Origin: Eledone cirrhosa
Lineage: Eukaryota
DNA length: 64,000 bases
Reading direction: 5' to 3'
Assembly (NCBI GenBank): GCA_964016885.1
Contig: OZ024745.1
Span: 38,006,001 to 38,070,000 of the forward strand
Part shown: piece by piece, positions 58,728 through 64,000 of the stretch
Layout: every line of letters starts with the position of its first letter
Position numbering within the stretch: the first letter of the stretch is position 1
Position numbers and translations under genes: made by a program
Notes under the pieces: generated by a model
The model's database searches: none
Seen by the model: only the letters and a program-made list of their open reading frames with translations
What the model was told of the DNA's origin: nothing

Positions 58728-58757
58728 GTAATAATAATAATAATAATAATAACAACT
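58611..58757. repeat. (AGAACA)n/(GCA)n/(AAT)n compound microsatellite
   Basis: Directly visible. Confidence 0.95.
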
Positions 58758-59161
58758 ATGGCACTGCTGGCTCCCCCCTTCCTCACCAACAATATAAAAA
58801 GCCCCAGCACCACCACCGACATAGCTAACAACAATAACAGGCAACTTCAGCAAAAAGTATATTATATTATTGTAATGCACTGGGTGATTGCTGGTCTTGT
58901 GCCTGGAGTGGAGACAATAATTTCATTCTTAAGCCACGCAATGCTCACATTAAGGAACCACTCATGATAATAACAATTTAAAAAAAACAACAAAAAGAAA
59001 ACCCCGTGACCAAGAAATACCGGGATGGCGGCCGGCGGGGAATAGCCGTGTCTCTAGGGGAGAACGACCCCTCTAGTCTTGGTTGACACTCGTTCTAGAA
59101 GTGGTAACACGAAATGATTACCCCTTGGCGGATAAGGATAAAACGCGACAAAATAAAGTAA

Positions 59162-59773
59162 ATGTCTAATGATAAAATCTCATATCGGGTCGGCCGTCAC
59201 CCGGGTAAAAAAGGGCCGCGTCCCTCAGAGAGGAACCAGACTGGGGTCGAAAAATCAGCTAATGGTTCAAACCTTCCCATCACTTCGGAGCTGGAGACCT
59301 CCCATAACCGGAATACTCCTACTGTTGGCCCTCCATGCTCACCACCAAGAAATCCAAAGAAAAAGAGAGAAAAATGGTCAAGGGAAGATAATAAAGAAGT
59401 CCTTGAGGCTTTCTACACTGCCATGTACTACTCATCAAATACATCGAATACAGAACAGACATATATCAACTGGAAAAAGAAACATCCCGAAAACAGAGGC
59501 TATATTGACAGTAACAAACTAGCCAATATACGAAGAAATATTGTAAGAAAAAAGTTACTAACTGATATAGAAATTGATCAGATCAAGCTATTAGCACAAA
59601 GTCAGCGAAGGGAAAATGAAACATGTGTCAGTGAAAACGAGGTAAATTGTAACACTTCGAATCCCAGGGTTGGGGCGGAATCACTGGCAACAGAACAAAT
59701 TAAAGAAAGCATCGAAAAAGTGGGGGCATGCATGCTCAAGATGAAACTCCAAATGAAAATAATGAGATCGTAA
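59162..59773 (+). CDS. N-terminal part of the R4/Dong ORF (upstream of the frameshift)
   Basis: RxKWSREDNKEVLEAFY...W...HP...LAN.RR.I..KKLLT..EI, the Myb-like N-terminal pattern of R4/Dong. It parallels NWTKELNRTVMQCY in the second element. Confidence 0.75.
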   Translation: MSNDKISYRVGRHPGKKGPRPSERNQTGVEKSANGSNLPITSELETSHNRNTPTVGPPCSPPRNPKKKREKWSREDNKEVLEAFYTAMYYSSNTSNTEQTYINWKKKHPENRGYIDSNKLANIRRNIVRKKLLTDIEIDQIKLLAQSQRRENETCVSENEVNCNTSNPRVGAESLATEQIKESIEKVGACMLKMKLQMKIMRS

Positions 59774-62700
59774 ATGATAAAGAAATGAATGAGAATGAAC
59801 TTGCCAACTTGAAGGATGAAATTATGATCGAATGGATGAAAATGAAAGAATCTGACATGGGGCAACGAGACACCCTCCCTAAGATCCAGAACTCCAAACA
59901 GAACCAAAAGATAATACACAAGACTAACATAATTCTCAAAAACATTATCATCACAAACAAACTAAACATTACTGATTTAAATCATCTCTATTATGCATCG
60001 GCTAAAGTCACCACTCACTTATGTGGAGTGAAGATGAAAAAACAAAGGAATTCCCACAAGAAATCTACTTGGCAAGAGAACATCACACGCCAAATAAACC
60101 TTCTCCGATCTGACATAGAAATTTTAACAAACTATAAAGTAGGTGAACATGTTAAACAAACTAAACTTAGAAAATTGAAAAGAAAGTACAGTATAAAATC
60201 AACAAGTGACATAGACATGCTGATAGAAATAATCAAGCAAAAAGTGTCGGCCAAAGCTGCTCGTATAAGGCGCTTTGAAAAACGATCTAGATTCTATAAG
60301 GACAATAATATGTTCAAAAACAACCAAAGAAACTTCTACAGAAAAATTGGTAAGTCAACAATAACTGCTAAATCAATACCACCCAAGGAGGAAGTGCAAG
60401 ATGGCTGGGAAAAGATCTGGGCCGAAGAAAAAGTTCATAACATACATGCCCCATGGATAGACAGACAAATGAAAGATACAGCTCACCTTGAGGAACAAAT
60501 ATGGGAAAATATAACAGTTGAACAGTTGCGCTTGGTTCTAAGAAAAACCAGCAAATGGAAATCCCCAGAAAAAGACAAAATACAAAATTTTTGGATAAAT
60601 GCCTTCACAGAGTCTCATGAGCTGTTAGCCCAACTTTACAATGAAATAGTTAAGGAGCCAGAAAAGATACCATCATGGCTAGTTAACGGCATTACATTCC
60701 TGCTTCCGAAGAATGATGAGACAAACAATCGCCAAAATTACAGACCGATAACTTGCTTGACCACAATGTATAAAATTTTAACATCAGTCCTAACTGAATA
60801 CACATATGACCACCTGATAATAATTGACCTATTTCCCATTGAGCAGAAAGGGTGTAAACGAGGCTCATATGGCTGTAAGGATCAGCTTTTGGTTAACAAA
60901 ATGATACTGGAAGATTGTCATAATAGACACAAAAATCTATCGATTGCTTGGATAGATTATAAAAAAGCATTCGATAGTTTTCCACACAGTTGGATTGAAA
61001 AATGTTTAGAGATTTTCAAAATATCCCCCGTTGTCAGGAGGATTTTGTCATTCAGTATGAAGACATGGAAAACGACACTCCTTTTGAATAGTGAAACAAA
61101 ATCACTGGAAGATGGAGAAGTTAATATTAATTGTGGAATTTTTCAGGGTGACTCTTTATCACCGCTTTTATTCTGCATCGCACTTATACCATTAAGTAAA
61201 ATGCTCAATGAAACAAAACATGGATATAAAGTCTATGACAAAACCATTAATCACTTGTTCTACATGGATGACCTGAAACTATTTGCAAAAAATGATGAAC
61301 AATTGCAAGGGTTATTATCCACTGTGGAGCAGTTCAGTGATGACATTAAAATGGAGTTTGGACTAGATAAATGCGCCAAAGCAACGTTCACCAGGGGAAA
61401 GCTGCTGAAGAGTTCAGACATTAATCTTGATCGGGGGAACGTGATAAGAGAACTTGATCAAGAAAAAACTTACAAATATCTAGATGTTTGTGAAGGAGAC
61501 GGAATCAAGCACTCGACAATGAGGGAAAGGATAAGGAAGGAATGTTACCGCAGAGTAAGAGCAATCTTAAGAACGGAATTGAATGCAAGGAATAGGATCG
61601 ATGCTATAAACACGCTTGCCATACCAGTAGTAACCAACAGTTACAATGTCATCAACTGGTCAAGCACAGAGATCCGTAGGCTCGATACAAAAATTCGAAA
61701 ATTCTTAACCATGTACAGACTGCATCACCCTAAGGCAGATATAGATAGAATATATCTCCCTAGGAAAGAAGGAGGACGTGGGTTAATCCAGTTAGACAAT
61801 GCAACAATTGGATTATCTACATATCTAAGGGAATCACATGATTGGATGATCAAACTCGTTTTGAAACACGAAAGCATCAAAAGATCATATTCCATTACAA
61901 AAGATGCACAAAGATACAGTAATGGACTACAAATTTCAGAAGTCCCATTTACTGCTGAAATGGAAAACACAGAAAAAGCAAAGCAGGTACAAGTAACTGC
62001 AAAGAAAGAACTGCTACAGAAACTGGCTAAGAAATGGCAAGAAAAGCCTCTGTATGGAAAATACCCAGAGCGAGCTAACAATCCTGATGTTGACAAAACT
62101 TTAACCCATCAGTGGTTGGCATCCTCTGGACTGAAATCGGAGACTGAAGGACTGATTATATCAGCACAAGATCAGTGTCTGCCAACAAAAAAATACCAAG
62201 CCAACATAATAAAAAATGGATGCAGCCCATTATGCCGTGTATGCAAAAAACAACCAGAGACCATTGACCATATAATTTCAATGTGCAGTCCTATAGCTCC
62301 AACCGAATACCTAAACAGGCATGACAGAGCTGCACAATACATACATTGGATAATGTGTAAGCATTTTGACCTGTCCCATCAAAAGAATTGGTGGGAGCAT
62401 CAACCACCACCCATACTTGAAAAAGATTACATCTCAATCTTGTGGAACTTTAGCATCCAAACAGACCGAAAAATAGATGCAAATAGACCTGATATAATAT
62501 TGAAGGACTTTAAAAAGAGGGTATGCCTGCTAATTGATATGTCTGTTCCAATAGACAAGAATGTATCTATAAAAACATTTGAAAAATTGAGCAAGTATAA
62601 GGACCTGGAGATGGAAATTGGAAAAATGTGGAAATTGAGAACTAAAACAATACCAGTGGTTGTAGGCGCTCTGGCAATGATACCTAAGGGGTCTAATGAT

Positions 62701-62793
62701 TACTTATCGCGAATCCCAGGAAACCCGCGAATAGGAGAAACGATAGTACTAATGGGAACTGCCCATATACTAAGGAAGATTCTGTCAATATAA
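59728..62793 (+). CDS. Reverse transcriptase-CCHC-RLE endonuclease polyprotein (1021 aa open frame)
   Basis: NYRPITCL, EQKG, IDYKKAFDS, GIFQGDSLSP, FYMDD, GLDKC; zinc knuckle CRVC...HIISMC; RHD; PDII...LLIDMSVP...KLSKY. Confidence 0.95.
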   Translation: MHAQDETPNENNEIVNDKEMNENELANLKDEIMIEWMKMKESDMGQRDTLPKIQNSKQNQKIIHKTNIILKNIIITNKLNITDLNHLYYASAKVTTHLCGVKMKKQRNSHKKSTWQENITRQINLLRSDIEILTNYKVGEHVKQTKLRKLKRKYSIKSTSDIDMLIEIIKQKVSAKAARIRRFEKRSRFYKDNNMFKNNQRNFYRKIGKSTITAKSIPPKEEVQDGWEKIWAEEKVHNIHAPWIDRQMKDTAHLEEQIWENITVEQLRLVLRKTSKWKSPEKDKIQNFWINAFTESHELLAQLYNEIVKEPEKIPSWLVNGITFLLPKNDETNNRQNYRPITCLTTMYKILTSVLTEYTYDHLIIIDLFPIEQKGCKRGSYGCKDQLLVNKMILEDCHNRHKNLSIAWIDYKKAFDSFPHSWIEKCLEIFKISPVVRRILSFSMKTWKTTLLLNSETKSLEDGEVNINCGIFQGDSLSPLLFCIALIPLSKMLNETKHGYKVYDKTINHLFYMDDLKLFAKNDEQLQGLLSTVEQFSDDIKMEFGLDKCAKATFTRGKLLKSSDINLDRGNVIRELDQEKTYKYLDVCEGDGIKHSTMRERIRKECYRRVRAILRTELNARNRIDAINTLAIPVVTNSYNVINWSSTEIRRLDTKIRKFLTMYRLHHPKADIDRIYLPRKEGGRGLIQLDNATIGLSTYLRESHDWMIKLVLKHESIKRSYSITKDAQRYSNGLQISEVPFTAEMENTEKAKQVQVTAKKELLQKLAKKWQEKPLYGKYPERANNPDVDKTLTHQWLASSGLKSETEGLIISAQDQCLPTKKYQANIIKNGCSPLCRVCKKQPETIDHIISMCSPIAPTEYLNRHDRAAQYIHWIMCKHFDLSHQKNWWEHQPPPILEKDYISILWNFSIQTDRKIDANRPDIILKDFKKRVCLLIDMSVPIDKNVSIKTFEKLSKYKDLEMEIGKMWKLRTKTIPVVVGALAMIPKGSNDYLSRIPGNPRIGETIVLMGTAHILRKILSI

Positions 62794-62965
62794 GTACATC
62801 ACAAGTCTAAACACTAAAGATGCATGTGTGAGTATGTATGTTCTTTCTTGAACATGGCGGACCTTGTTGTCTCTTGATGTCACTGGTTGTGACTTGGTGA
62901 TAACTCGTATGAACATAAAGCAAGATAAATGCAACTGTAATAATAATAATAATAATAACGGTGAA

Positions 62966-64000
62966 ATGGAGACTAGAATGCCATGTGACAGACTCTCACG
63001 TAACAGGTGCTCCCTGGCTCAGCAACAGGGACCTGGCTGTCAACCAAATACTGCTGGTGTCGGAGGAAGAAGAAGAAGGAAAGGGACCAGAACCAACTGG
63101 ACGAAAGAATTGAATAGAACTGTTATGCAATGTTACCTGAAGAGTAACCCCAAGGAGAAAGGCTATAGGAAACGGATGCATAACATCTGCAACGAGATTG
63201 GTCTATTTAAATTAGATGAACAAAAATTGGCCGGGCAGGCTCGGGTAATAAGAACTAATGGGTGGATAAGCGAGCTGGAACTGGAGGAACTGAGCAGAGA
63301 GATTAGCCTGGAGATAGAGAGTGGAGTATGCCAGGCAAACGAGCCAGTGGGAAATGAAGGTGAAGAGGTCGAGAGAACGGAGGAACCACCCGAAGCAGAC
63401 AATGATCTGAATACTGAGATAAATAATACCTGGAACAGAGATACGGCCACTGAGGAGATGAATGCTGACGGGCTAGGACAAGATTTGGTTGATATCCTAA
63501 ACTTAGTGGTAGATGAATTGAACAATGATAGTGGGAAACCTATGAACCTAAGATTTGTAGACAGGAAAACGTTAAAAGAAACAACAGCTAAGGTAAACAA
63601 AGTCATCCCATACCTTGAGGCGAGGAGCCTTCACCAGTGCAACAATATCCTCAAAGCAACAACAAAAACGGTGAGGAAACTACTTGGTATAAAAGCGAGA
63701 GGAAACAACAGACAAGAAAGATCAGAGCCTTGGTGGAAGAAACGACTGAGTGGTCAAATCAGGGAAATGAGAAATGACATTGGAAAGCTTGAGTCCCTAC
63801 TGAATGGGACACTAAAAAACATAGACACTAAAAATAGCCTGGAAATAAAGTACAAAACTAGGAGGAAAAAGCTAAATATTATCATAGAGGAACTGAAGCA
63901 ACGCATTGTAGCAAAGAGTGCAACAATCAGGCGATACGAGAACAGAGTGAGTCAGTATAGACAGAACCGCATGTTCGACAACAACCAGAAGATGCTGTTT
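62966..64000 (+). CDS. N-terminal ~345 codons of a second R4/Dong-type ORF, open to the window edge (absent from the ORF track)
   Basis: Manual translation from ATG 62966 has no stop: METRMP...NWTKELNRTVMQCYLKS...PWWKKRL...ELKQRIVAKSATIRRYENRVSQYRQNRMFDNNQK. This is homologous to IIKQKVSAKAARIRRFEKRSRFYKDNNMFKNNQR in the upstream element. Confidence 0.88.
   Translation, partial: METRMPCDRLSRNRCSLAQQQGPGCQPNTAGVGGRRRRKGTRTNWTKELNRTVMQCYLKSNPKEKGYRKRMHNICNEIGLFKLDEQKLAGQARVIRTNGWISELELEELSREISLEIESGVCQANEPVGNEGEEVERTEEPPEADNDLNTEINNTWNRDTATEEMNADGLGQDLVDILNLVVDELNNDSGKPMNLRFVDRKTLKETTAKVNKVIPYLEARSLHQCNNILKATTKTVRKLLGIKARGNNRQERSEPWWKKRLSGQIREMRNDIGKLESLLNGTLKNIDTKNSLEIKYKTRRKKLNIIIEELKQRIVAKSATIRRYENRVSQYRQNRMFDNNQKMLF

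Larger units (their letters stand above)
59000..62958 (+). mobile_element. R4/Dong-clade non-LTR retrotransposon (RT plus restriction-like endonuclease), apparently full length
   Basis: GC-rich 5' UTR, single long ORF broken once, short 3' UTR and (TAA)7 tail at 62938-62958. Dong elements are known to target (TAA)n. Confidence 0.92.

Noticed and set aside
63133-63175. CTGAAGAG...GAAAC
   Set aside because: Lies within retrotransposon coding sequence; no stem I or stem III.

Overview
AT-rich eukaryotic (animal) genomic DNA dominated by repeats. It is probably cephalopod/Octopus-like, inferred from the very high (TA)n/(CA)n/(GA)n density and the tRNA-derived SINE families. I could not support any host protein-coding gene; most listed ORFs are microsatellite artefacts. 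Recognisable content: (1) a near-intact R4/Dong-type RLE non-LTR retrotransposon (about 59000-62958; RT, CCHC knuckle and restriction-like endonuclease; one frameshift; (TAA)7 tail), followed immediately by a second R4/Dong-type element whose ORF runs off the window; (2) decayed L1/Tx1 and RTE-like LINE fragments; (3) Penelope-like element (PLE) remnants, one full-length with two pseudo-LTRs; (4) many SINEs. The main unexplained signal is a large, diverse set of short non-coding elements sitting in (TA)n tracts as tandem and/or inverted (fold-back) repeats. At least ten unrelated ones carry type-I hammerhead ribozyme motifs (CTGAnGA...GAAA...NTH) with palindromic stem III, often a long stem II and often a downstream AATAAA. 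They look like a non-autonomous PLE/retrozyme system. Two loci (11327-12012 and 28141-29574) have hammerheads in tandem, 483 and 466 nt apart, and could release unit-length or circular RNAs. All ribozyme folds were done by eye.
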